From NCBI GenBank assembly GCA_964503265.1, contig CAZCYO010000004.1:162157-226156 (forward strand): a stretch of DNA of 64,000 nt, written 5' to 3'. The DNA is from an uncultured Gammaproteobacteria bacterium (lineage in GTDB: Bacteria; Patescibacteriota; Microgenomatia; Levybacterales; UBA12049). The position numbers and the translations under genes are program-made. How positions within the stretch are numbered: the first letter of the stretch is position 1; each line of letters begins with the position of its first letter. The notes under the pieces were generated by a model that ran no database searches, was not told the DNA's origin, and saw only the letters and a list, made by a program, of their open reading frames with translations. Shown piece by piece: positions 52,101-61,084 of this stretch.

Positions 52101-52576
52101 ATGACCACAAAGCAGATGCTCATCATCGCGGCCGTGATCGGTACGCCGATCGGGCTCTGGCTGATCTTCGCGATCATCATCTTCGATGTGTTGACGAAAA
52201 AAGCCCTGAAAGGGTTTGAATTCGTCATCCGACACGCGATGGGCGGCCACTAGCCGTTAGAAAGGAGCATACTATGCCCGACACTGTGAGCATCCTACTC
52301 ACGATCGCGATCGCAGCCATCATCATCGTGGCAATTTGTTTGTTTCGATCTGAAGATGTGAGTAATACCTCACACATCAGCGGCGCTGAGAAGCGCTAAA
52401 GAAAGGAGCGACCCATGTTCGCACGAATCTGGCTGTGGCTCGCACTCGCCCTCGGCCTCGATGACGGCGTGATCTACTCGGATCCTGGGGTGAATTTGGG
52501 CTACGGCTCAATCAACCCCACTCCTGTCAAGTGGAGCGACTCACTTCGTGAGCTGCTCGACGACGGAAAAATCTAG
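52101..52576 (+). other. array of three consecutive small hydrophobic-peptide ORFs (52101..52253, 52274..52399, 52415..52576; 50, 41 and 53 aa), each with its own AAGGAG(G) RBS
   Basis: Each ORF has a strong SD at -6 to -9, one predicted TM helix, high G+C and tight spacing. Confidence 0.35.
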
Positions 52577-52837
52577 CCTTCCTTTCTTCACCATGTTATA
52601 CCTAACTCATTTTCCAACACCCTTTTCCCTAAGACCGAGGCATTTTCGCTTCGTTTCACTGCAGTTTTCTGTAGCGATTTCTTCCGGATTGGGGGGATGG
52701 CAGATGTTTCAGGTTGCCTTACCCCCTATGGCGAGAAATCATTCTCGATATAGGGGGTGAATTTATTAGATTAGAATTGTTTTCTTACTTCTTCAATTGC
52801 GAAGAAAAAGAAAACGGTTATTTCGCACATTAACCCT

Positions 52838-52967
52838 CCTACGCATAAATTCTAAACAGAATTTAGCTACGGAAGGGCAAGACAGTACGCCATTAAGCTA
52901 CTTCTTTGATAGGTTTACCCCTAACGAAGCTTAAGCGAAGTGAGGCACATTAACAAAGCATACGAAT
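52838..52967 (+). repeat. element C, a full copy with an extended hairpin (taaattct-aaac-agaattta)
   Basis: gcacattaac at 52838..52847 and 52958..52967. Upstream conserved hairpin cttcttcaattgcgaagaa at 52790..52808. Confidence 0.6.
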
Positions 52968-53106
52968 ACAGATTTCAGCGCGAGGAGAGGATATCTATCA
53001 CCTCTTTCCGCTGAAATCTGAAAAAATCAGATGAACGATCACTTCGTGAAAGGACTGCCTATGGCTGACTGATCTACTGTCGGATTGTTTAGATAAGGAG
53101 GTTCAC

Positions 53107-53682
53107 GTGTCTTCTCGAAAGGCTCACGCACTCTTTGCTATACTTCTGCTCCTGATCGCATTCATGCCAAGTCCGGCCGCAGCGAGCAACGATGCTCAAT
53201 TCGGTCGGCCGATCGTCGCTCCACAAATCTTGTGGCGCGAAGCGCAGCTCACAACCTGCGCGAACGTCTCTTCGGCGACACCGACATGTATCGTCATCGA
53301 CCTCATGGTCGATAACGATGGCAGCCACATTCAAGAGTTCTCGCTTACCCGCGAGGACGCTCGGAAGAATCGCCGGGCGATCCAAGTTTCGGTGTCTGAG
53401 GACACTAAAGGACTTCGGATCACGGACACCAGCGCGACATTTTCTCGCACCATCAACGCAAAAAATGCCGTGGACGGCAAGGAGATCAAGATCAAAGTCG
53501 ATCTCACCTGGCGTCAGTCAGGACCAGAACGCCCCTTCGAAGGGCCACAGATTCCTGAAGAACCCCGCTTCTTGCGTCAAGCACGCGTGAGCGGGACAAT
53601 CCAGATCGGATCTGAAAAACCGATCACCGTCTCAAGCAACGCTGGCGTTCTCATCCGGTGCATCGCGACACCGGCACAATAG
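53107..53682 (+). CDS. secreted hypothetical protein (GTG start, high-GC)
   Basis: RBS AAGGAGG. Signal peptide ALFAILLLLIAFMPSPAAAS. Confidence 0.45.
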   Translation: MSSRKAHALFAILLLLIAFMPSPAAASNDAQFGRPIVAPQILWREAQLTTCANVSSATPTCIVIDLMVDNDGSHIQEFSLTREDARKNRRAIQVSVSEDTKGLRITDTSATFSRTINAKNAVDGKEIKIKVDLTWRQSGPERPFEGPQIPEEPRFLRQARVSGTIQIGSEKPITVSSNAGVLIRCIATPAQ

Positions 53683-53880
53683 CCTGAAGCTTCAGGTGCA
53701 GATACGATTTGTAAGACAGTGCTGTCTTATATGGGTCAATGACGACCCGTCGTATCTCACTTGTGAGGCCAAAAGGTACATATATTCGTATGCTTTCTGT
53801 CTTCCGATAACATCGGGACTGATGAGTTCTATTCACTGCAAATGCGTAGTGATGAGAACGAAACAGAATTTGATTTACTA

Positions 53881-53945
53881 TCCACTCAATAAACTCGAAG
53901 GGCTCGCCCCTCGAAGCTTTAGCGAAGTGGGGCACTTTGACAAGG
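53881..53945 (+). repeat. element D, a 3'-half copy
   Basis: tccactcaataaactcgaagggctcgcccctcgaagctttagcgaagtggggcactttgacaagg is nearly identical to the 3' half of E. Confidence 0.5.
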
Positions 53946-54086
53946 TATACAGGATTTAACATTCTTTCACGCAAGTGAAAGAGTTGTCTTATATTTTTTT
54001 AACGTGCCGCGAAGTAGGGAGAGGAATACTCCCCTCTCTCTTCTTCGCGGCACTGATAATTGATCGATACGCCTAAGGGGGTAAAG

Positions 54087-54476
54087 ATGCTCAAGGAACT
54101 CCTCAAAAACGATCTGGTCTGTTATGCACTGTCGATCCTCGTTTTCTGTCTTCTCTGGCTGGTAGCAAGGTTGTTACCATCGAAGCTCATGGACGACTAC
54201 AATCCGGATTCAGTCGAGCAATAAAGGAGGTTTATCTATGGTCGACCTGTTAGCTCCACTATTCTTCTTCGGAGGAAGTGGGCTCATCATCGTTCTCATC
54301 TTTCTCACCATTCCTGGACCAGTTCCAGCGTGGTGGGTGGATTTTATTGAGCGGTTTCACCGCACATAAGGAGGACAGGTATGGACGGTCGTACAGTCGA
54401 GCTGATTTTCATCATCGTATGGATCGTGCTCAGCTACCCAGCATACTGCTGGATTCGTGGCGAGCGCATACCGTAA
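54087..54476 (+). other. second array of three small hydrophobic-peptide ORFs (54087..54224, 54238..54369, 54381..54476; 45, 43 and 31 aa), each with an AAGGAGG-type RBS
   Basis: Same organisation as 52101..52576. Each product has one TM helix. Confidence 0.35.
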
Positions 54477-54591
54477 GGAGGCTAATACATGCCTACTGCG
54501 CGTTCACCCCCAGACGAGCGTATGATCCCGTTTCTTTTTCATCTCCCGGCGAGTGCCGGGAGCTCTGAGAGAGAATATCAAGAGAGGTCCG

Positions 54592-55767
54592 ATGGACAAA
54601 ATCTCATGGATTCTCATGATCTTCGGTGTGATCCTCGCGATCATGGTCGTTCCCTACGCCAGGAGGCGTTCGGAACGCAGTCACGAAATGCGTGACCGCA
54701 TCATGCGGTCAACATTGATCCTCGGGATTGCCATCATGGGCGCCCAGGGTCTCGCATTCATTCACCCGGCTTCAGCCGGGGCAGAGCCCTACTATCCGAC
54801 ACAGGTTCACACCTTCGTTCGGAGCGAGGCGCTCCCGCAAAGCTTCAGCTTCACGCCTAATGGCGTGCAAGACTGTGGTTGCGGCGGACTCGCCTCGCTG
54901 AACATGCCACAAGGAAATGTGGCACTAAGCGAACAAGGTCTTCCTTTGGCAACTCGCTACGGCGGGGTACTCACAGTCGTGTTCGGCGAGTCGACCAAAT
55001 TCCGGGTTTCAAGCCCGGATGCCGAGTTGACAATGCAGGTGGACGGGAAACCGTTCGCCAAGACGTTCTATCTCACAGAGATCGGAAAAACCTTGACCCT
55101 GGACATCAAACCAGGTGACAAGGTTGACCGCCTCATGGTGGAGCTCAAGTCGAGCTTCCCCATGGTGAACATTTACGCTGATGAGGCACCCATCCCTGGC
55201 AGCATCTATTTCCCGCAGACCCGGCATAACATCGCCAAGGTATTCCAGTCTTACTGGGAGAACCATGGCGGCGTGAGCGTGAACGGCATGGCCGTCACCA
55301 CGAGTGGGTACGAGCGAAACGGTCCAAATATCTACCTGGTGCAATACTTCGAGCGCGTCCGCCTGGAGTACCACCCGGAGAACACTGAGGAAAAGTACAA
55401 GATCTTGCTCGGCCAGTTCGGCGTCGTGATTCACGGTGGAATCGATCCACCTATTGCGAAGCCTACTCCGAGCCAATACGACGACAGTATCCGGTACTTC
55501 CCTGAGACTGGGCACACCGTCGCGGGACGCTTCCTAACATACTGGAATACCCAAGGCGGGTTGAGCCAGTTCGGCTACCCGATCACCCAGGAATTCTACG
55601 AGCGCCTCGATGACGGGGTATCGCACACCGTGCAATACTTCGAACGCGGGCGCATGGAATTCCACAGCGAGAACAGGGAGCCCTATATGGTGCTGCTCGG
55701 CCAATTCGGCCGGCAGATGGCCGCTATCACAGCGGCTGATCGCGACAGCACCAGCACCCACCGCTAG
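54592..55767 (+). CDS. membrane-anchored extracytoplasmic protein with tandem ~45-aa repeats (F..YW...GG....GYP...EF.ER......HTVQYFERGR.E.H.EN.....LLGQFG)
   Basis: TM near the N-terminus. At least two copies of the repeat, which is shared with 61085..61903; high-GC. The ORF track starts earlier, at 54553. Confidence 0.5.
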   Translation: MDKISWILMIFGVILAIMVVPYARRRSERSHEMRDRIMRSTLILGIAIMGAQGLAFIHPASAGAEPYYPTQVHTFVRSEALPQSFSFTPNGVQDCGCGGLASLNMPQGNVALSEQGLPLATRYGGVLTVVFGESTKFRVSSPDAELTMQVDGKPFAKTFYLTEIGKTLTLDIKPGDKVDRLMVELKSSFPMVNIYADEAPIPGSIYFPQTRHNIAKVFQSYWENHGGVSVNGMAVTTSGYERNGPNIYLVQYFERVRLEYHPENTEEKYKILLGQFGVVIHGGIDPPIAKPTPSQYDDSIRYFPETGHTVAGRFLTYWNTQGGLSQFGYPITQEFYERLDDGVSHTVQYFERGRMEFHSENREPYMVLLGQFGRQMAAITAADRDSTSTHR

Positions 55768-55874
55768 TCGACTGTGATTACTGATAGCATGGTACCCAGG
55801 ATTCACCTGGAGGGAGCTTAGCTCCCCCATGCTCGATGGTCATTGAACTTTTCTTTCTACAAGGAGGGTAACCA

Positions 55875-56168
55875 ATGTCCACGATCGATCTCATCAATAC
55901 CCGCTGGGACGCATACACTCCCAGCACTGAGGAGCCTCCTCGCCCGCTGAACCTTCGATGGTTCTGGCGAACGCTTCTCGCCGTCCTGGATGGCATTATC
56001 GTCATGCGGGACTGCCTCAGCCTCGGGCTGAGCATGCTGATCGTTTTCTTGGAATGGACACACGTCCTAACCAAAGGAAAACGTCGGATCGTGCCTACAA
56101 TCGGCGGGATCTGGATCATGGTGGCCATCACGGTCACCATTCTCGATCACATGTTCTACCCTCGATAA
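55875..56168 (+). CDS. small polytopic membrane protein (high-GC)
   Basis: RBS AAGGAGGG. Three hydrophobic helices. Confidence 0.4.
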   Translation: MSTIDLINTRWDAYTPSTEEPPRPLNLRWFWRTLLAVLDGIIVMRDCLSLGLSMLIVFLEWTHVLTKGKRRIVPTIGGIWIMVAITVTILDHMFYPR

Positions 56169-56619
56169 GACAACGAACCCACGCGAGCCACCCCGCTCAC
56201 ACCCATACTACGGCCTCTGCGCTGTGGAACATGTGCGTGAGCTGACGTAACCCGCCGAGTGTGGATCAAGTAACTGAAAGGAGATTTGGAATCGATATCT
56301 ATCGATTACCGTCTCCCGCCAGAGACTTCCAAATCCCCTCCTGTATACCTTGATCCATACCTTCTCAATAGTATAATTTTTAATTTGAAATTCGAAATGT
56401 TAAATCACTGTTTAAAAATTCAATTTAGTAATACATTTAGATTTGATTAAAAATTTAACATAGTAAATCTACAATTAAAGCAAGCTATAGGCTTATTATG
56501 GCGTGTCCCTTTATTTTTCGTAATAAGTCTATCAATACTAATATCACTACTTCTTATCTGCTTTGTTTTCAGCCTTTTTTACTCTTCAGTAGCATATAAA
56601 AGTACTCTTGCAATTACTA

Positions 56620-56649
56620 TTGACAAAGTCTTATAAGATATGCTATACT
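56620..56649 (+). promoter_or_regulatory. conserved promoter module copy (TTGACA-18-TATACT) 7 nt before the ATG of 56657, predicting a leaderless transcript
   Basis: atTGACAaagtcttataagatatgcTATACTcccatttATG. Confidence 0.55.
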
Positions 56650-56656
56650 CCCATTT

Positions 56657-57349
56657 ATGTTAACAACAAAAAACATTTTACTCGCTACAGGCCTTACTCT
56701 TGGTCTTCTTTCTATGTCTACAACAGCATTTGCTGATTATGGCAATTGCCAAACAACCTATGGTCAATACGGTGGACAAAACTGTAATCCATCAATTAAT
56801 CTGTCAATTGATAAGAAAGTACAAAATCCTTCAGACAATTCATTCGTCGATAACTTAGGCGCAAACGAGACGAAGTACAATGCGTCATCTCCTATTACCT
56901 TTCAGATTAAAGTTACCAATACTGGAACAATCGCTGCTACAAACGTCGTTGTAAAAGACACGCTCCCAGCAACTGTTGATTATGTATCTGGACCTGGATC
57001 TTTCGATACTAACAGTAAAGTATTCTCATATACTCTCGGACAGATTAATCCTAATGAAACGAAAGTGTTTACTATTACTGCAAAAACTCCAAGTGAAGAT
57101 AAATTTGCTTCAAACCCAACCTGCATGACTAACACTGCAACTGTGACTGGTAACAGTGCAAACACTGCGACAGATACAGCTCAATTCTGTGTCCAAAAAG
57201 GAAATCCTACCACGAAAGGTGGAACTCCTGTCTATCCAGCACCTACTGTTAAAAACACACCATCAACTGGACCTGAAATGCTCCCACTGATCGGACTTAT
57301 CGGAAGTGGCTTTATCGGCTCACTTCTTCGAAAACGAACGAGTAAATAA
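56657..57349 (+). CDS. secreted DUF11/CARDB-like surface protein with PSTGPE sorting-signal-like C-terminus (paralog of 43555..44295), low-GC host-type gene embedded in the mosaic region
   Basis: Signal peptide. VVVKDTLPATVDYVSGPG motif. C-terminus KNTPSTGPEMLPLIGLIGSGFIGSLLRKRTSK. The same promoter module as 43555 lies upstream. Confidence 0.65.
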   Translation: MLTTKNILLATGLTLGLLSMSTTAFADYGNCQTTYGQYGGQNCNPSINLSIDKKVQNPSDNSFVDNLGANETKYNASSPITFQIKVTNTGTIAATNVVVKDTLPATVDYVSGPGSFDTNSKVFSYTLGQINPNETKVFTITAKTPSEDKFASNPTCMTNTATVTGNSANTATDTAQFCVQKGNPTTKGGTPVYPAPTVKNTPSTGPEMLPLIGLIGSGFIGSLLRKRTSK

Positions 57350-57379
57350 GCACGTATATTGCCAAAACGACTCGTTCAC

Positions 57380-57403
57380 ATCCTGCGAAAGCAGGATTTT
57401 TTG
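57380..57403 (+). terminator. intrinsic terminator after the DUF11 gene
   Basis: atcctgc-gaaa-gcaggat hairpin followed by TTTTTTG, about 30 nt after the stop. Confidence 0.75.
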
Positions 57404-57519
57404 TATAAAGAGAGAAAAGATCAAACATTGCAAAGCATTACCTTTTCAAATAGGAAAATAAAGGACTCATTTATCATAAAAAATGGAGTAAATTTATAGC
57501 TATGAAGGAGCCGTGAGAC

Positions 57520-57548
57520 TTGACAAATCCTATAGGATATGATATAGT
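57520..57548 (+). promoter_or_regulatory. conserved promoter module copy (TTGACA-17-TATAGT), immediately upstream of a MITE
   Basis: cTTGACAaatcctataggatatgaTATAGT. Confidence 0.45.
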
Positions 57549-57585
57549 TCAGGCACATTCGCACGTTTTAATAAAAATATCTAAC

Positions 57586-57673
57586 GTGTCATCCTCGACC
57601 TGATCGAGGATCTATTAGATAACTCCTTATAAAGGAAATCTCTAATAGATTCCCGTTTTCACGGGAATGACAA
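57586..57673 (+). mobile_element. MITE-like element with GTCAT termini and three hairpins (non-autonomous relative of the GIY-YIG element)
   Basis: tgtcatcctcgacctgatcgaggatc...ctattaga-[loop]-tctaatag...gattcccgttttcacgggaatgaca. Terminal inverted repeats of about 12 nt. Confidence 0.6.
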
Positions 57674-58048
57674 ATTATGTTTACGACCAGAGATAAGACA
57701 AGACTCATCCTCTTCTCTTTTCTCCGAGCGTAAGCCCCGATTAAATCGGGGTAAGCCCGGAATACGAATAGATCGTTCTTTTCTCAATTGCGAGATCAGA
57801 ATATATATATCCGTAGTTCTTTGACAAGGTACGCAATTTTTTAGAAACGCTAATAACTAGTTTGAGAAAGCTTAGAGTTAGATACTGCACGCTCTTCTGA
57901 GGGCGTGCGATACCTAACTCTAAGGTGGTTCGGATAGTGAAATTCATCAGAATTTCTTTTTCTATCCAGCCACCTCTCAAACAACTCTCACGGAGCAGTA
58001 ATGCTTCGTGTCGTCGGATATATTCTTCTCACATCTGAAGGAGGTGCT

Positions 58049-58441
58049 ATGTCCTGGAAAGGTCGATTGGTAGCTTTGCTCCTCGGAGCAGGGTTACTCT
58101 GTCTGGCCCTCTGGGGCCAACCCTCCGACAGGGCGGGTCCCACTCGGGAACCGCCGTTGAGGAGAGTCTCTGATCGTCGTCAACAACAATTCAAGGAGGA
58201 CACATCGATGGATAAGAAGCCCGCACTCAACTGGCTGACCATCGTTCTCGCGATCGTGAGTGCCCTCGGCACTCTGATCTTCGTTCCGCTCGTCATCGTC
58301 CTGATGATGCTCACGGATCAGGCCACCGTCACGGTGGCTATGTTCGTCGGCCTCGTCTACGTGTCGATCATCGCGCACATCGCGCTGCTCTTCGCCATCG
58401 GCTTCCGCAAGAAGTCGGAGGTGGTTAGCCGCGTTCCGTAG
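58049..58441 (+). CDS. small membrane protein (high-GC); may be two cistrons, a signal-peptide peptide and a two-TM protein starting at 58208
   Basis: RBS GAAGGAGG before 58049 and CAAGGAGG before the internal ATG at 58208. Confidence 0.35.
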   Translation: MSWKGRLVALLLGAGLLCLALWGQPSDRAGPTREPPLRRVSDRRQQQFKEDTSMDKKPALNWLTIVLAIVSALGTLIFVPLVIVLMMLTDQATVTVAMFVGLVYVSIIAHIALLFAIGFRKKSEVVSRVP

Positions 58442-58490
58442 TTCCAGTGCACAGTTCGTGCACTATGATACTCACAGGAGGAACACTAGA

Positions 58491-59294
58491 ATGAATGCCC
58501 GACGCCGACCGTTCGCGATCTTCGCCGCCATGTTGGCGGTGTTGGTCTTGCTCGCAGGATGCTCGTTCGGCACCGCGACGCCGACCCCCTCGGGGGCCGC
58601 GCCCGCAGCCACAACGGATCCCACCGCACCCGCGGCGACGACCGTCCCGGTCACGCCAAGCTCCGCGCCCAGCGCGGCGCCGACGTTGACCCCGTATCCG
58701 ACCCAGGTTCCGTTGCCAACCCAGGCACCGCTACCGACACTCACCCCCTACCCCACGCAGGCACCGCCCGCGGCGGCCATCGCGCCGACCGCAACCGCGG
58801 TTCCCTCGCAACCGGGTGGGACTAAGCCATCTGCCGCTCCGGCGGTCAAGACCCTCCCCGAGGGTGTCACCGACCTAGGCAATGGTGTCGGGTGCGTTGA
58901 CCCGAAGGTCGTCGCCAAGATCATCAACCGCTATCACGCGGCTGGTAACGATCCCGGTCCGGCGGCCCGCGAACTCGACACGCTGTTCGACCAGAGCGCC
59001 TCGCAAGGGGTGTTCATTGGTCAGCATGCTGCCGACGTCAACTTCACCTTCCGCCCGGCCCCCCAAGAAGGTGGTTCGGGCAGCATCGTCTTCTGGCACA
59101 ACGCCCTCAATGGCGGGCCCAACAAGCTCGACACCGGGCCGAACGCCAAGATGATGGGACTGTTCCTGCAAGGCACCTACGGGATCTACGGCGCGTGGGA
59201 TACCCACGTGAAGCTCGTCAACAATGACGGGCGGTCCGCGTGGACCTGCAGCTACCTGAATCCCGAGCAGATGCTGGATTACTGGGGCAAGTAG
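58491..59294 (+). CDS. lipoprotein with long Pro/Ala/Thr-rich linker (very high G+C, roughly 70-78% in places)
   Basis: RBS CAGGAGG. Lipobox LLAGCS. PT/PA-rich low-complexity region typical of proteins from high-GC Gram-positive or Chloroflexi-like donors. Confidence 0.5.
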   Translation: MNARRRPFAIFAAMLAVLVLLAGCSFGTATPTPSGAAPAATTDPTAPAATTVPVTPSSAPSAAPTLTPYPTQVPLPTQAPLPTLTPYPTQAPPAAAIAPTATAVPSQPGGTKPSAAPAVKTLPEGVTDLGNGVGCVDPKVVAKIINRYHAAGNDPGPAARELDTLFDQSASQGVFIGQHAADVNFTFRPAPQEGGSGSIVFWHNALNGGPNKLDTGPNAKMMGLFLQGTYGIYGAWDTHVKLVNNDGRSAWTCSYLNPEQMLDYWGK

Positions 59295-59337
59295 CCCCTT
59301 TCAGCATCGCGTTTCTATCACCCGCGTACCCTAGTCA

Positions 59338-59368
59338 TCGGGGTCGGCGATTAATTTCGCCGACCCCA
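59338..59368 (+). terminator. terminator-like GC hairpin after the lipoprotein gene
   Basis: ggggtcggcg-attaattt-cgccgacccc has a perfect 10-bp stem and no U-tract. A similar stem ggggtcggcc-ttct-ggccgacccc occurs at 49849..49872. Confidence 0.4.
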
Positions 59369-59419
59369 GTTCCCTTGTAGAGAAGCATTTGTTTCTCTCC
59401 AGAGGTACTGTCTATTTTC

Positions 59420-59548
59420 ACTGTCATTCTGGATTTACCTGTCATCCTCGACTCGATCGAGGATCTATATGATACATCCTATAAGGAACTATCCAAAAGA
59501 TTCTCGTTTTCACGAGAATGACAAATCTAAGAATCAGGATGACAAATA
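59420..59548 (+). mobile_element. nested or composite MITE of the same family
   Basis: Outer termini ctgtcattctgga...atcaggatgacaa enclose inner tgtcatcctcgactcgatcgaggatc...ttctcgttttcacgagaatgacaa. Confidence 0.5.
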
Positions 59549-59563
59549 TTTAGAAAGGAGCAT

Positions 59564-59809
59564 ATGAATACTAATAACAACATCGTTTTAATCGCAGGAA
59601 GTTTCGTAGTCGCAGTGATAATCGCAGCGTTTACATTCTCTTCTGTAAATAAAAGTGAAGCTAAGCAGCAAGCAGTAACATCTTGTATGCAGGTTGCACA
59701 AGTACAGTCACAAACAGCTAAAACAGCTGATGACACTGTCTATACGACCACGTACAAACTTCCTATCGAGGAATGGTACAAGCGTTGTATGAAAGAAAAA
59801 GGATATTAA
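59564..59809 (+). CDS. small secreted/membrane protein (low-GC, host-like)
   Basis: RBS GAAAGGAG. N-terminal hydrophobic helix. Confidence 0.4.
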   Translation: MNTNNNIVLIAGSFVVAVIIAAFTFSSVNKSEAKQQAVTSCMQVAQVQSQTAKTADDTVYTTTYKLPIEEWYKRCMKEKGY

Positions 59810-59993
59810 TAGACGGAAAGCGTAAGGGATTTTTCCTTTTCGCTTTCCGATCTGTCCGCTGCCCCCGCGACATGCTCGGAGAAGAAAGCATGAAATACCT
59901 TTTTTCAGCTCTCTTCCCCAAGCGTTTATTCGCCAGGGGATTTTTTTTGTCTAAGCCTATGCATTTGCGCAAAGGCAGAAGACATAAAAAATC

Positions 59994-60123
59994 GCACATT
60001 GACCCTCCTTCGCATAAATTCTAAAAAGAATTTAGCTACGGAAGGGTAAATGTAATTTAGTACCCACTCAATAAACTCGAAGGGCTCGCCCCTCGAAGCT
60101 TTAGCGAAGTGGGGCACATTGAC
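59994..60123 (+). repeat. element E, a full copy whose two bounding repeats both read gcacattGac (co-varying with each other)
   Basis: gcacattgac at 59994..60003 and 60114..60123. Hairpin taaattct-aaaa-agaattta. Confidence 0.6.
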
Positions 60124-60194
60124 AGTACGAGAGATTAATTTTTAAAAACTCCAATAAGAGTTTATGGACCTCTCCGTTGTGGATATAACTAACA

Positions 60195-60260
60195 CATTGT
60201 CATTCCGGCTTGTCCGGAATCAGATTCTGGTAAAGCTTTCACTTTTCCAGAATGACATGT
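60195..60260 (+). mobile_element. short variant MITE (acattgtcattccgg...ccagaatgacatgt) with two hairpins
   Basis: Terminal inverted repeat tgtcattc/gaatgaca. Internal hairpins cattccgg-cttgt-ccggaatc and attctgg...ccagaat. Confidence 0.45.
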
Positions 60261-60287
60261 TATTTCTACTACGGAGAGGAGTTCTCC

Positions 60288-60512
60288 ATGAACTTCACGG
60301 AGGGTACAGCCATCAACGGCTCGAACCTTTCCCCGGAAATCCGGGATCACGGCCGCCGAATAGGCACGTACTGGGCTGCGCTGATTCTCAAAGATCTGTG
60401 TGTGCGAGGGCTCAATTGGGCCAACGCTCACCTCGATCCGAGGGATCAAGTGAAGCTCCAGATACCGTCCAGGCCGCAACCGCGCAAGCGGACGCGGCGG
60501 AAGACACCCTAG
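60288..60512 (+). CDS. small basic protein (high-GC)
   Basis: RBS GGAGAGGAG before the ATG at 60288. The ORF track extends to 60252. Confidence 0.3.
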   Translation: MNFTEGTAINGSNLSPEIRDHGRRIGTYWAALILKDLCVRGLNWANAHLDPRDQVKLQIPSRPQPRKRTRRKTP

Positions 60513-60578
60513 TCCAAGGATCCCAGGCAAGGGTCGGCCACTTGGCCGGCCCTCACTGCACATACGGAGGAGGCATCC

Positions 60579-60809
60579 ATGTTCGCACGCCTACGTGACC
60601 TGACACCGGAACAACGATACGACATTTTCCGCCTCGGTGGAATCGGCGTACTCGCCGGCATCATCGCGGTGCTCTCAGAAGTGCAGGCGATCTGGACCAC
60701 ACAACGTCCAGCCCGACCCGCACCCGAGCAACACCCGCTCGCGGCACGCACCGCTCCCACCGAATCGGTGGAACTAGCGCGCCAGGAAGTTCCGATCAAC
60801 GAAGCATAA
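60579..60809 (+). CDS. small membrane-associated protein (high-GC)
   Basis: RBS GGAGGAGG 6 nt upstream. Confidence 0.35.
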   Translation: MFARLRDLTPEQRYDIFRLGGIGVLAGIIAVLSEVQAIWTTQRPARPAPEQHPLAARTAPTESVELARQEVPINEA

Positions 60810-61084
60810 GGAGGACAGTAATGTCATCTATTCGCCCGCCTCCACTATTCCCGTTCAGGTTGAACGGGATGAAGGAAGAAAGAAGGAGAAAGCTATAATG
60901 CCAATCTTGATCGGAGTTGTCTCGCTCGCGACTGCGTACCGTGGTTGGTTGATCTACAAGCAACTGGAGCACACGCTCCCACGCTTGGCCAACCAGCTCA
61001 AGAAGCAGTTCGCCAAGTAGGTCTCTCCGCCACCTTAAAAGGCGGAATTGACTCATGTTCACACTCTACTCCAGGAGGAACACA

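Noticed and set aside
47711-60123. Integron gene-cassette array with attC sites as an explanation for the repeat-delimited high-GC blocks
   Set aside because: The elements lack the canonical attC inverse-core/core pair (RYYYAAC ... GTTRRRY). Their ends are direct, not inverted, repeats, and no IntI-type integrase or attI is present in the window. Kept only as a functional analogy.
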